A stretch of DNA of 64,000 bases from Phycisphaerae bacterium. Lineage in GTDB: Bacteria; Planctomycetota; Phycisphaerae; UBA1845. The translations under genes and the position numbers were made by a program. Positions 47,101 through 57,334 of this stretch are shown here, in pieces; the first letter of the stretch is position 1, and each line of letters starts with the position of its first letter. The stretch covers positions 1,024,001 to 1,088,000 of the forward strand of contig CAXXGO010000001.1 in the NCBI GenBank assembly GCA_963666835.2. The letters are read 5' to 3'. The notes under the pieces are model-generated. The model had not been told where the DNA came from. It saw only the letters and a list, made by a program, of their open reading frames with translations, and made no database searches.

Positions 47101-48324
47101 TGGTCGAGTAGTCTCAGTTGCTGCTCGGGGCATTTTACGCGCTCGATTGACGGCGGGCAGACTTACAGTACTCCGATTGACATCCCACTGGATCCCCATT
47201 GGGGAACGGTTGCCGTGGGGCTTGACGGCGCGATTTACGCCACCGGTCGGATCGGGTCTAATGCCAGCGTAGTCCGATCGACAAACGCTAGTGATCCGGC
47301 CCACGCTCCGGTGTTTGACCAGCCCGTCATGGCAGATGTTGGAGGCCTCGGCGCGTCCTGGACCGGACCCAACCCCGGTGGACTGCTGGGGCAGGGATGG
47401 GTGGCGACCGATCATTCCTATGGCGCCGGACGAGGGAACGTCTACATTCTTACCTCGGCGACGTTGGACCGCGACGACCCGCTTGATCTGATGTTCGCGC
47501 GCAGCACCGACAGCGGTTTGACCTGGAGCGAACCCGTCCGGATCAACGACGACCCGGTCGACAGCGAGGCCTGGCAGTGGTTCGGAACGATGTCGGTGGC
47601 TCCGAACGGGCGGATCGACGTCGTGTGGAACGACACGCGCAATACCGGGGTGGACAACCTGTCCGGGTTGTTTTACAGCTTCTCGATCGATGGTGGGGTA
47701 ACCTGGACGGAGAACGTCCCGATCAGCCCGGTATTCGATAGCCACGCCGGCTGGCCGCAACAGAACAAGCTCGGCGATTACTACGACATGATCTCCGACA
47801 ATGTCGGGGCCAATCTGGCGTACGCGGCCACGTTCAATGGTGAGCAGGATATATACTTCGCGCGGATCGAGCCGGACGTCGACTGCAACGACAATGGCAT
47901 TCCCGATATCACGGAAATCGCCGGCGGAAGCGTTGCCGATTGCGATGGCGACTTGGTGCCCGATGAATGCTCGCCGGACTTCGACGGTGACGGGTACATC
48001 AACGGGTGCGACTTCGATATAGACAACGACGGCGTTTCCAACGACTTCGATGTCTGCAACTTCACTCCGTTGGGGGCGATCGTTACCGGCGACGGGAGTC
48101 AACGCGGCGACTTCATGAGCGATTGCGATATAGACCTGCGCGATTTCCGTTCGTATCGGGCGTGCCTTTTGACCGGCGGCCCGGCTGAGGGCGATCCGTC
48201 CACTGACTGCCTCGCGGCCTTTGACTTCGACGGTGACGCCGACATCGACTTAGCCGACGGCCGGCTACTGTTGAACGACTTCACCGGCCTGATCCGCCGG
48301 GCTCCGGATACGTTGGTTGAGTGA
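44143..48324 (+). CDS. Large secreted modular protein: Cys-rich modules, BNR/Asp-box (sialidase-like) propeller, dockerin-like tail
   Basis: Signal peptide; GACC/CC repeats; five S.D.G.[TS][WY] Asp boxes; DCN.NGIPD; FDFDGD.DIDLAD. Confidence 0.82.
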   Translation: MRLLPVRTLLAGGVVLGAFSAGLAGRATGVETGATGDDGCPCVSTTGVEAGTVASGQVVRLPETARVTRHYPDGTTERVDDAVPASTDRQEKLIYSNTLGDFLYSPGAGIPIADDLVTEAVTDCAIHRITFRVNGGVEEGDEEFSVSVGVWDKCPALRDAENLLGDEITFDQLADNDEETHELVIDFRDMGICDNGDACSVLHQDCPDASPCVQNLPELPPTVWLSYRFSTNTAGVIAGSPAQIGFSADYYHDVYCPCTSWLGGYPRFPHSSFWAQVYADGTTDEADPDFCPTGFFAYAAVSRSFSDVTDYVPPSGVTTRVADAIVLTGGQGGEPIACELSAVEIGFIGEHGPFEMDVDLRWPGLDDVIEGTQRTFTGTGEGELEVARFLFEPGVFIEPTDQPIYITWQTGTGGAWARHSSIDLGLSWRSFWTQHIMPGISGEWLMRELSSLTPVSFYAVVQCRGEPPTGACCRFPGELEEVECSDGVTHAMCLGGRWVRDRTCAEDPFDPPCGMARCCLPDATCENLTRDECEQADGYWRERAFCGDYGQRCYWRACGYDAPRDCSYPALLPGCHDLSCCTQVCMADPWCCENNWDEQCVEEAFLLCDHEPYNDYCCNSRPLSLQGQLTSNNARAYGPYDDPGFHCHPDGAGTLGYGPIWFKFEATETSARFHTCASDDTAGDSLLQVYAIEPDDESCENLIPLACSDDAPGCGADGLQSDVCVTGLEPGASYRVQLASKNAEGRGWYRLVAESPCPQAAGSNAGDSDFASIILEPEPGDSSPAPPGASHTARADDEPRSPALMDPAELHNEIPDDAPVAVRKQERSEAFCDAGSWERGMFSTVQVNVDEHGHNIVGDAANEPSIAISAVDPDVIVIGWRQFDTIESNFRQAGWAYSHDAGATWTFPGVLEPGVFRSDPVLAADADGNIHYYSLTLRDPGYVCDMFTSYDDGVSWGRKVYARGGDKPWIAIDQTSGPGRNHIYALWSSSLSCCSGHFTRSIDGGQTYSTPIDIPLDPHWGTVAVGLDGAIYATGRIGSNASVVRSTNASDPAHAPVFDQPVMADVGGLGASWTGPNPGGLLGQGWVATDHSYGAGRGNVYILTSATLDRDDPLDLMFARSTDSGLTWSEPVRINDDPVDSEAWQWFGTMSVAPNGRIDVVWNDTRNTGVDNLSGLFYSFSIDGGVTWTENVPISPVFDSHAGWPQQNKLGDYYDMISDNVGANLAYAATFNGEQDIYFARIEPDVDCNDNGIPDITEIAGGSVADCDGDLVPDECSPDFDGDGYINGCDFDIDNDGVSNDFDVCNFTPLGAIVTGDGSQRGDFMSDCDIDLRDFRSYRACLLTGGPAEGDPSTDCLAAFDFDGDADIDLADGRLLLNDFTGLIRRAPDTLVE

Positions 48325-48464
48325 GTTCAGTAGGTGTTTTCACTGCGCCTCATAGTAGGTCGCTCGGTTTCTTCTTCACGGCCATTTCCCCGGACGACGA
48401 ATAACCGGTAGACTGGTCACGTCGACGTCCGTCGTCGGGGGGCGAATCGAGCGAAATCGGCGTC

Positions 48465-49595
48465 ATGGTCGTCGCGAACTTCTTCGATGGGGGTGGCATG
48501 TACAATACGCCGAGGTTGCGTCCGTGCGGGGGATCAACGACGCCGCAGGCTCGTAGTGCCAGGCGTCCGGGTTCTCTGCGGGTACCCGGTGTGGACATCG
48601 GCCGTAGGGGGCCATGGTGGGGCGGTCGATTGGGTACGGGGCTGGCGGTTCTTCTTCTGTTCTTTCCGATGAGCTGCGCGGCGACTCGACCATCGCCGGA
48701 ACACGTGGCCGGTGATCCGCCTGGCCCCCAAACGCGAAACGCTCAACGCGCGCCGCGTGAGATTCGACGCACAATGCCGAAGCCGGCTGCTCAGGCTGAG
48801 ACCACCGTTCTGACGGCGCGGGACGAGCCTCATTTCGTGGACATTCCGGTGCGGGAACCGTCAGGAATCGCCTATCATCCCCAACGCAATACGCTGTTGG
48901 CTGTGAGTGACCAAGGCAGCCTTGTGGAGATGGACCTTGCGCTTGAAGTTCGTCAACGTATTCGCCTGCGCGGCGACCTGGAGGGCGTGGCGGTTCACCC
49001 GACGGGAGAGGCCGTCTACATCGCATCGGAGAGTGCCGGGGCGGTATACGAATATTGCCTGAGCGAGCGACGGGTCTTGCGGACCTTCAAGATCGATTTT
49101 GCGTCCCATGCGGATTTCTCAGCCGGGGTAGGACGAAATCGGGGTGTCGAAGGAGTGACCGTCGCCGAGACGGCCGAAGGCGGCTACCGGCTCTATGTGG
49201 TGGTCGAATCCCATCCGGCTCGTTTAGTCGTGCTTTCAGCCGATGTATCCCACGGGGCGATTATGCGAGCCAGACGCCGGGTGGTGAATGACCCGATCGC
49301 CGAGCCCCCCATGACGACCGTAGAAGTCGCCGCGTCATACGATCTTGGATTGCGGCGGATGTCCGGCGCGACGTTTGATCCAAAATCGCGCATGATTGTG
49401 GTCGTCTCCGCCTCTGAGGGGCTGGCCGTGTCGTGCAGTTTGACCGGACTCGTCCACAAGAAACTCAGCATTCCTCCGTGGAAGTCGGAGGGCGTGTGCT
49501 TCCTGCCCGGGGGCGGCGCACTGTTGGTTCAGGACACCGGCGGCGGGTGGTTCTGCCCGAATCTTCTGGCGGACTTAACGGGCACAGACCGTTGA
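48465..49595 (+). CDS. SdiA-regulated (YjiK-like) beta-propeller protein; true start probably downstream
   Basis: REPSGIAY...LLAVSD.G, GDLEGVA, NRGVEGVT, MSG..FD, KSEGVCF. Confidence 0.75.
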   Translation: MVVANFFDGGGMYNTPRLRPCGGSTTPQARSARRPGSLRVPGVDIGRRGPWWGGRLGTGLAVLLLFFPMSCAATRPSPEHVAGDPPGPQTRNAQRAPREIRRTMPKPAAQAETTVLTARDEPHFVDIPVREPSGIAYHPQRNTLLAVSDQGSLVEMDLALEVRQRIRLRGDLEGVAVHPTGEAVYIASESAGAVYEYCLSERRVLRTFKIDFASHADFSAGVGRNRGVEGVTVAETAEGGYRLYVVVESHPARLVVLSADVSHGAIMRARRRVVNDPIAEPPMTTVEVAASYDLGLRRMSGATFDPKSRMIVVVSASEGLAVSCSLTGLVHKKLSIPPWKSEGVCFLPGGGALLVQDTGGGWFCPNLLADLTGTDR

Positions 49596-49651
49596 ACGGC
49601 TTCTTGGTTCACGCGGCTCAATGACAGGATCCACGAGCCCGAGAGACCAGC

Positions 49652-50278
49652 TCACTTGGGTATCCTGTTCCGTGACCGTGGCGATGCCGTCGGAAACGGC
49701 CAAATCGAACACATCGGTTGACCGGGGAAGATCCCCCGCGATGTCGGCCCCGCTCGTTCGTCCGTAGCGCTAACTGTTGCAAGAGCTCGGTAGTCCGCCA
49801 GGTTATCCGGGTTCGGGGGGCTTACGCGCCAAATGAAATAGGGACCGTCGATTGTGAAGCCGACCAACCGGACATCTTCCAGGTCGGCGGTTCTACCGGG
49901 GCGACGACCTTGCACCCCAACGACGAACACGAACCATCGATAGTCGCCGACCTTTGCCAGGCCGGCTAAGACGCCGTTTACGTCTCGCGACGCCCCGGAG
50001 CACGGGGAGCCCGGTCCGGGGATCTTCGTCTTCCCGAAGACGACTCGAGCCGGGCGCAGGGCGCGGCGCGACCGGAGGTCCCCCGACTCACGCAGGATGT
50101 TCGGGTCACTGTCGCCCTCGTGGACTATGTACGTGGCCAGGCTCTTCTTCCAGGCGTTGATCGGATCCGGCGCCGTGCAGCCTGCGGATCCGGCGATTAT
50201 TGCAGCGACGCCCCATAGCATCGCCCACCGGGCGGGGTAATTCACGGTTGTTGGCTCGTAGCGTTTCATAGTCGTCAT
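49652..50278 (-). CDS. Hypothetical lipoprotein (possible frameshift near the 3' end)
   Basis: GAGGGG RBS; hydrophobic stretch plus SAGC lipobox; directly downstream of the ankyrin gene. Confidence 0.6.
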   Translation of the reverse strand: MTTMKRYEPTTVNYPARWAMLWGVAAIIAGSAGCTAPDPINAWKKSLATYIVHEGDSDPNILRESGDLRSRRALRPARVVFGKTKIPGPGSPCSGASRDVNGVLAGLAKVGDYRWFVFVVGVQGRRPGRTADLEDVRLVGFTIDGPYFIWRVSPPNPDNLADYRALATVSATDERAGPTSRGIFPGQPMCSIWPFPTASPRSRNRIPK

Positions 50279-50288
50279 CAGATCCCCC

Positions 50289-52139
50289 TCAGTGTTGGTT
50301 TGACGGCTCGTTTGCGACCGGAATGTCAGCGTCCGTGTGTTCCCCTTGGTTGCCGGGGATGTTTGTGCCCGGCGAGAAACCGGTTCCGGCCGGCTCACGC
50401 TTGTGATCCGCGAATCGGGCAAGGATGGCCGTGTGACCGTTGCTGCGCGCCACATCAGGTGCGGTACATCCCAGGGCGTTAGCCAGCGTCGCATCCGCGT
50501 TGTGCAGAAGAAGATATGACACAAGATTGTCATATTCGCATCTTGCGGCGCTATGGAGCGGCGTTGTGCCGAAGTTGTCCTGGATGTCGACGTCGGCCCC
50601 GGCATCCAGCAACATGGCCGCCAGACGGAGATCACCGCGTTTCGCGACATCGTGGAGCGGGACACAGCCGAACGTATCCCGTCGGTTTACGTCGGCGCCG
50701 TGTTCGATTATCGTCTTTGCGGTTTCGCTGCGCAGTTCTCGCACAGCCAGGTGCAGGGGGGTTGTGCCGTACCGCGTTTGGGCATTCGGGTCGGCTCCCT
50801 TGCTGAGCAGCAGGTCGGCGATCTCAGTATGTCCCCATCTTGCGGCACAGTGCAGAGGGGTCTCACCGTCGAGGTCCGCCGCATCGACGTGCGCACCCCG
50901 GGCGAGCAACCGGCGCAGATGCTCCAGTTCACCACGGGCCGCCGCCCACCACACGGCGTCGCGTCCCAGTCGGTCCGTTTCGTTCAGGTCTTCCCGCGAA
51001 ACCCCTTCATCCGAGTTGCCGGCCGACGCGGTCGGTGTCGGATTGGAGGTTGCCTCCCTCTCGGCGTCGAAACAACTGTTTGCGATGTTGACCGTTTCGG
51101 CGGGTGTGCCGAGGTGTCCGTAATCTTCGCCGAAGTAGGTGTCAAGCTCCTCGGCGATCCGGACGAACTGCTCTCGGGTCCGGCGTTTGCCTTGCTCGTC
51201 GTAGTACCACGCGAGCAGATCATCGCACCGCTTGCGCAACTGCTGGCGAACGCAGAACCCGATTCCCGGCCCGTAGGTGCATACGTTCAGGGCTTCGTCC
51301 CAATGGTCCGTAACGAAGACCGAAAAGAAGTCCGAGGTGGGGCGTACATGGATGTTGAGCTTCCAGAGAGGGCCGTCCCTTACGAGCATTGGGGGGTGAA
51401 GCGTGCCCCGGATAGACACTTCTTCCGTTAGATTCCTGAAGAACTTCAGCCCGGCGTAGTTTGCGGCCAGGTCGGCGTTCGAGCGCACTCCGGTCGTCAG
51501 CATTCCGAGCAAGGTGTTCTCTGACAACAGCAGATTACCACCCGTACCCAGGGCGACCGCCCGGCGCGTGGCCTCTTGGTCGCTTAGCTCTTGGCTCTTT
51601 GCCCTGCGGTATTCCGCGAAGTAGAGGTAGCCCATGTGGACGAAATGCACGATTTTGTCCGTGCCGAGGTATGTCCCGTCGATCATAATCGTGGACGTTC
51701 GCGCCAGCCGGACGGGCTTGGTGAAGTCCAACAATAGCGCCCAATGGTGATAGATCCAGAAGAACGGTTGGTGGGCGACTACGAGCCCCGGATACCGGTT
51801 ACGCAGCTCGGGAGTCCGCAGTCGAAACTCCAGGGTCTCGACGTAGTTCATAACCGGCGGGCACTCCAGTAGAAGAGCCCAGGCAATTGTGTCGGGCGAT
51901 TGGAGCTGCGCCGTTGCCTCGGGGCTGTCACCGTGGCGAAGCGAGTGCTCGATCCGGGCGTTGGTCTTCTCCACCGCCGAGACGATCCGGTCGTGAAAGA
52001 CCTCCGAGAAGTAGAGTCGAAGATCGGCGAACTCTCGACCCAGCGGAACGCTGTACTGGTCAGTCTCGTGGGCCGACGCGGCCGACTCCGCCAGGATTGC
52101 GATTACTAGAAACACTCCGAGCTTCGTGTGAACGCACAT
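50289..52139 (-). CDS. Secreted protein: uncharacterised N-terminal domain plus about 6 ankyrin repeats
   Basis: Signal peptide; G.TPLH.AA..G...LL..GAD.N repeats. Confidence 0.88.
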   Translation of the reverse strand: MCVHTKLGVFLVIAILAESAASAHETDQYSVPLGREFADLRLYFSEVFHDRIVSAVEKTNARIEHSLRHGDSPEATAQLQSPDTIAWALLLECPPVMNYVETLEFRLRTPELRNRYPGLVVAHQPFFWIYHHWALLLDFTKPVRLARTSTIMIDGTYLGTDKIVHFVHMGYLYFAEYRRAKSQELSDQEATRRAVALGTGGNLLLSENTLLGMLTTGVRSNADLAANYAGLKFFRNLTEEVSIRGTLHPPMLVRDGPLWKLNIHVRPTSDFFSVFVTDHWDEALNVCTYGPGIGFCVRQQLRKRCDDLLAWYYDEQGKRRTREQFVRIAEELDTYFGEDYGHLGTPAETVNIANSCFDAEREATSNPTPTASAGNSDEGVSREDLNETDRLGRDAVWWAAARGELEHLRRLLARGAHVDAADLDGETPLHCAARWGHTEIADLLLSKGADPNAQTRYGTTPLHLAVRELRSETAKTIIEHGADVNRRDTFGCVPLHDVAKRGDLRLAAMLLDAGADVDIQDNFGTTPLHSAARCEYDNLVSYLLLHNADATLANALGCTAPDVARSNGHTAILARFADHKREPAGTGFSPGTNIPGNQGEHTDADIPVANEPSNQH

Positions 52140-52731
52140 GGTTCTCAACCCCGTACTGCACGGATGCGATGCAGTCAGTTATAAACGCATTCAAAGACGG
52201 CGCAGGCACCTCGCCCAAGGCGTCTTGCGATACCAAAGCAAGAATCGGCTTGGAGCCGGCCCCCTGTCACAACGGGCTCCCCAAGGGGAACCCGATCCTA
52301 GCGGCTCAATGCCTCCGTCGGCGCTGGGCTGAGACCGCGAAACGTTGTTGGTCGGTTGTTAACCGCCCGGTCGTCCTATCGGCATCGACCGCACGAGTAC
52401 TTCATTTGATGTGTCATTATCGATCAGGCACGCGGGGGTGCGTGCTCTGAGTTTATTTTCTTAATCGAGCGGTGAGCCCCGGCGTTTTGCTCGCGTTGGC
52501 TCGGCCGGATTGCGGGTTAGCTTACGTTTTGGCTCACGGACCATGCGCGGGGATATCCGAAGCGGTGTGTCGTAGCGGCGGGTGGATCCGCGGATCCGGC
52601 TATCGACCTGAACCGGGATTGCGGCTCCTTCTTGAATCGGGCCAATGCGATGGGGTATGCTGAAGCCGAGCGAGCCCATCTGCCCGGGTCCGAGGGACGC
52701 AACGGATGGCATTCAAATCAGGAGAGCGACA

Positions 52732-55700
52732 ATGTGGGCACGAATACTCCCCGCCGTGTTGGTCAGTGGACTCTTGCCGATCACCGTCCTGGCCGCCGAT
52801 CCGATCTGGCATCCCGGTAGCGTTGGCGACCCGATGACGGAGCACGTCCACAATACCGGTGGCGGTCGGAGCATTACGTGGGCGGAGCACGCCGGTTTCG
52901 AGATGGCGGTCGACGGTGCGGATGTCTACGACAACTGGACGGGCGTGGATGATGCCCCGAAGGTCCGGATGACGACGGCTGACACTCTGCTCGGTGTTCG
53001 GGAGATGAACTTCACGATCACCGCGAAGCTCGAGTTGACCCCGGGTTATGGGTCCAGATTCCACGCCGGGCTGTGTGTGGTGTTCGGCAGTACCGACGTG
53101 CTGATCTGGGGGCCGCACGGGGCGACGGATCTTGCTCTGCGCCGACCGGGCAGTAGTAGCACGTGGCAGACCTACGCCCACGAGGTCGTATGGCTCAAGC
53201 TCCAACGCGAGGGCAACATCTACTGGGCCTGGTATAGCGCGGACGGCAAGTTCTGGAACCGGGCCGGTTCGATCACGACCCTGGCTACCGACATTCCGTT
53301 CTATGTGGGGACAATGCTCAAGACCTGGAGCAGCCCGCACGCCGAAACGGTCAAGTTTCGCCACCTGGAGGTCACTCATGTCGAGAATGACTCGATGATG
53401 TACGTCCACAACGTGCCTTATGGGACGATAGACTCAACTGCCCCGAGGTTCGTCTACGGCCTGTCCGGCAACGAGATCCTGTTCAGGCTGTACATCCACG
53501 ACATCGGGGCGGCGGGAGGGAATCCTTATGACACCAAGCTATATCTGATCCACGGGTCGGGTCGGCACGACACCACCGGCGACGGAGTGGATGACACGTA
53601 CGATGCCCATCTGACCTTCGACCGCATTACCGGTGACGTGAGCAACCCGGCCAACACCCAGACGTTTACGGACCGCAACGCCGTAATTGTTGCCCCGCGG
53701 TTCCTCTGGGGCGAGCATCCCTACCACGATTACGACGATCGTCCGAACTTTGGCTATCAGTTTCTGCGGGGCGAAGAGGATCGGATCCTGATGGACCTGC
53801 ACGAAGATGTCATCCGTTTCAGATTCCCCGCCGACAGCATGAGCACCGACGACCGTTTCTATACCCTCGGGCACTCCGGAGGCGGGCAGTACGTCTCACG
53901 TTTCGTGCTGGCTCATGCTGACAAACTGTACCGCGCGGCGGCTTCGAGCCCGGCAACCTGTGCGTTTCCGACGTATGAGTACGATTGGCCGCGGGGGATC
54001 AGCATGCCCCCGGAGTACCTGGACGGCAATCCGGAGCTGGCCATCGACTTGCCGACCGCGTACGCGCTTCCGCTGGCCGTAGTCACCGGGGAGAACGACA
54101 ATATTGTCGGGCGCGGCGAAGAGGCCGACCACTATGAGGCGTGGGTCCTGGCCTACTCGCGCCACGACGAAGCCCGCAAGTGGGTCAGGCAGATGTATCA
54201 GCGCAGTGGGCATACCGCCGACACCAAGCTCTATTTAGTGCCGGAAGGCAGTCACTGGTTTAATGAGGACAAGCGGCTCACGGCCCTGGCGCACCTTTTC
54301 GGGAACGCGTCGGAGCGAGATGATATAGCGAAGTTGAGTTATCATTTCACCCCGGACCATCAAGATGGCGAGAACTTCGTCACGGCGGCTGAGGTGCCCG
54401 AGGAGTTGCTCTATTACTACAAATTCACGCGCTACGGACGACCGCCGCTCACTTCCACGCATCGGTATGAGTTTCGCCCCGGCTCCATTTGGGCTCTCGG
54501 TACCGACGAGGACGGGCAGCCGCAGAACGGGGCCTACTTCTCGCTGACGCACGACGATACGACGCTCAGCGTTTCGTTCGACGGCGAAGTGTATACCTAC
54601 CCGAGCTTCATCTACGGCCGCCTCCGGCTCTACAGCGAAAGCGGAGACTACATGCTCGAGCAATCGCCGGTGGTTACGCCGTATTTCATAGATGAAGAAG
54701 TTGTCGGCCGGACTCTGAACCTGTATGTGTGCGATGGGCGCAACGAGAACGGCCCTACGGCCGGACCGCTGCCCACCGAGTCGATCCGGTTCAACGCTGA
54801 TGGGACCGTTACCGCTACCGATTTGACGACCGGCCTGCCGGTAGTCATTCCGAACATGGAGCGATGGTACCACGACAACGAGATGCACTTGCTGTATTTT
54901 ACCAACGCCGGCGGGACCGTTCACCATGACATTCGCATTGGTGAGTGGCGCTGGGGCCGGGATGCTCTGGACCAGCCCTTCCTGGCCGGCTGGCACACGA
55001 AGGACGAATCGGGGATCCCGCGCGTCGAGTTTCAGACTAATGAGGTCTACAACCCGCGTTACTTCGAAGAATGGGACGTGGCGAATCTGGACTTTGACGA
55101 GGACGGACATACCGACATTCTCGACAACTGCCCGGTCACGCCGAATGCCGGCCAGGCCGACTACGATGCTGACGGTGTCGGCAACGAGTGTGATCCGACC
55201 CCGCTCTCGGCCCCGCCGAACGTAGTTGCGGGGGACGGTACGTCCATCGGATCCGTGTTGATTACTTGGGGCGCCGTGGCACATGCTTCACACTATCGGG
55301 TGTGGCGCGTTGACCCGGCCAATCCGACGGCTTGGATCGCTGTCAGTAGTTGGCAGACCACGCGCAGCTTCCGCGACTACCCACCGTTGCCGGGGCACAC
55401 CTACCTGTACACCGTTAGTGCCGCGGTGGACGCTGCCGGAACGTGGGAGGGCCTGCGAAGCCAGAGCGACGAGGGCTGGGCAGCCTTGGCGCGGCCTACG
55501 AATGTGGCTGCTAGTGACAACACGATTACCACGCACGTTGCCGTAACTTGGAGCAGCGTCTCCGGGGCAAGCCACTACCGGGTCTATCGCGACAACGCCG
55601 GTAACCCGGTCAGCGGGTGGATAACCCAGACGGCTTTCAGCGACACCGGAGCCGAGCCGGGCGTTACGTACGTGTACGGGGTCTCGGCGGCGGTAAGCAG

Positions 55701-57261
55701 CAGCGGGGCGCGCGAAAGTGTCATCAGTGTGCCGGATAGCGGGATGCGGGCGCTGGACTGCAACGAGAACGGTGTGCCCGATTGGCAGGACGTCGAATCA
55801 GGCGGCAGCGCTGACTGCACCGGAAACGGCATTCCGGACGAGTGTGATATCGAGGCCGGAACGAGTGAAGACTGCAATCTCAACGGCGTGCCCGATGAGT
55901 GCGACGTTTCCGTACAGGAGGTCGGCTTCGGTCCGTATCGAACGTACGCCGTATCCCAGGGGCCATACAAACTGCGGCTTGCACCGATGGACCGGAGCAA
56001 GGGGATCGATCTGGTCGTTGCCAACTACGAATCGAAGGAGCTGTGGGTGATGTTGTCGGGACTCGGCGGATTCATATTGGACGAGGTTTATCCGCTCGGC
56101 AACTCGCCGTGCGCGATAGCCTTGGGTGATTTCAATGGCGATCGGGATACCGACGTCGCAGTAGCCACGTGCGAAGATGCCGTTTTGACGATTCTGATCA
56201 ACGACGGTGACGGAGCCCTGTCAGCAGGACCGAGCTATACCGTGCCGGACGGGCCGCTGGACATGGTCGCGGCCGATATGGACGGCGACCGCGATCTCGA
56301 CCTGGTGGTGGTGTGCTACCTGGCCGAGCAGTTCCAGATTCTGGAAAACATCGGCTCGCACGCGTTCACCGCCATGCTCACTAAGGGGGTCGGAACCGAG
56401 CCGGTGGCCGTGGCCGTGGCGGACTTCAACTCCGACGGAGACAACGACTTCGTTATCGCCAACAACGGCGACGACAATGTGACGATGTGGCACGGAAAGG
56501 GGGGTGGCGTCTTCGTCCACGCAGGAGAACTCAGTTCCGGACCCGCGCCGGGGGCATTAGTGCCGGTGGATGTGGACGGCGACCGGGATGTCGACCTGGC
56601 CGTGGTCAACGTCGACGACTCTACGGTTACTGTGTTGGAGAACGCGGTCCATTGGGCGACGTTGGGGACGTTCGAGGTCGGCGACTTGCCCTTGGACTTG
56701 TTGGCGTGCGATGCCGACGCTGACGGAGATCCGGATTTGGTCTCCGCCGACCGGGACAGCGATACGATTTCGCTCCTGCTCAACAACGGTGACGGCACGT
56801 TCGCTGATGCCCTCGGTTTCGCGACGGGTGAGGGGCCTGCCTCGATCGGCACCGCCGAGCTTACGGGCGATACCGTTCCGGAGATCGTGGTCGCCAACAT
56901 TTACGATGACACCGTTTCGGTTCTGTCGAATACCACGATTCTGCCGTTTAGCGCGGACTGTAATGACAACGATACGCCTGATGAATGCGACATCGCCGAT
57001 GGAACCGAGCTCGACTGTAACTCGACGGGAGTACCGGATGTTTGTGAGACGATTGCCGACTCCGATTTCGATGCCGACGGCGATGTGGATCTCAGGGACT
57101 ATGCGGGGTTCCACGCCTGCTTTGCCGGCCCGGATTGTCTGCCCGCCTTGCCGATTGCCGGTTGCACCGAGACCTGCCTGGCCGCGTTCGACGCCGATGC
57201 CGATTCGGACGTCGATCTCGCCGACCTGGCGATGTTCAGCCGGCTGTTCGACAAACCATAG
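52732..57261 (+). CDS. Large secreted modular protein: ConA-like, alpha/beta hydrolase, TSP3-like, 2x FN3-like, FG-GAP/VCBS propeller, dockerin-like tail
   Basis: AGGAG RBS and signal peptide; WLKLQREG...WYSADG; GHSGGG / TGEND / GSH triad; DNCP..PN..Q.D.D.DG.G; D.DGD.D.DL.V.N repeats. Confidence 0.85.
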   Translation: MWARILPAVLVSGLLPITVLAADPIWHPGSVGDPMTEHVHNTGGGRSITWAEHAGFEMAVDGADVYDNWTGVDDAPKVRMTTADTLLGVREMNFTITAKLELTPGYGSRFHAGLCVVFGSTDVLIWGPHGATDLALRRPGSSSTWQTYAHEVVWLKLQREGNIYWAWYSADGKFWNRAGSITTLATDIPFYVGTMLKTWSSPHAETVKFRHLEVTHVENDSMMYVHNVPYGTIDSTAPRFVYGLSGNEILFRLYIHDIGAAGGNPYDTKLYLIHGSGRHDTTGDGVDDTYDAHLTFDRITGDVSNPANTQTFTDRNAVIVAPRFLWGEHPYHDYDDRPNFGYQFLRGEEDRILMDLHEDVIRFRFPADSMSTDDRFYTLGHSGGGQYVSRFVLAHADKLYRAAASSPATCAFPTYEYDWPRGISMPPEYLDGNPELAIDLPTAYALPLAVVTGENDNIVGRGEEADHYEAWVLAYSRHDEARKWVRQMYQRSGHTADTKLYLVPEGSHWFNEDKRLTALAHLFGNASERDDIAKLSYHFTPDHQDGENFVTAAEVPEELLYYYKFTRYGRPPLTSTHRYEFRPGSIWALGTDEDGQPQNGAYFSLTHDDTTLSVSFDGEVYTYPSFIYGRLRLYSESGDYMLEQSPVVTPYFIDEEVVGRTLNLYVCDGRNENGPTAGPLPTESIRFNADGTVTATDLTTGLPVVIPNMERWYHDNEMHLLYFTNAGGTVHHDIRIGEWRWGRDALDQPFLAGWHTKDESGIPRVEFQTNEVYNPRYFEEWDVANLDFDEDGHTDILDNCPVTPNAGQADYDADGVGNECDPTPLSAPPNVVAGDGTSIGSVLITWGAVAHASHYRVWRVDPANPTAWIAVSSWQTTRSFRDYPPLPGHTYLYTVSAAVDAAGTWEGLRSQSDEGWAALARPTNVAASDNTITTHVAVTWSSVSGASHYRVYRDNAGNPVSGWITQTAFSDTGAEPGVTYVYGVSAAVSSSGARESVISVPDSGMRALDCNENGVPDWQDVESGGSADCTGNGIPDECDIEAGTSEDCNLNGVPDECDVSVQEVGFGPYRTYAVSQGPYKLRLAPMDRSKGIDLVVANYESKELWVMLSGLGGFILDEVYPLGNSPCAIALGDFNGDRDTDVAVATCEDAVLTILINDGDGALSAGPSYTVPDGPLDMVAADMDGDRDLDLVVVCYLAEQFQILENIGSHAFTAMLTKGVGTEPVAVAVADFNSDGDNDFVIANNGDDNVTMWHGKGGGVFVHAGELSSGPAPGALVPVDVDGDRDVDLAVVNVDDSTVTVLENAVHWATLGTFEVGDLPLDLLACDADADGDPDLVSADRDSDTISLLLNNGDGTFADALGFATGEGPASIGTAELTGDTVPEIVVANIYDDTVSVLSNTTILPFSADCNDNDTPDECDIADGTELDCNSTGVPDVCETIADSDFDADGDVDLRDYAGFHACFAGPDCLPALPIAGCTETCLAAFDADADSDVDLADLAMFSRLFDKP

Positions 57262-57334
57262 AGCAGAAAAGGACCAAGATGATCTTGGGGATGGCCGGAG
57301 AACCACCCTGATCCCCTCCCTGGGGCGTCCCCCG

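Noticed and set aside
52150..52730. Several short GC hairpins in a long intergenic region
   Set aside because: Expected by chance at this GC content; no repeat or family match
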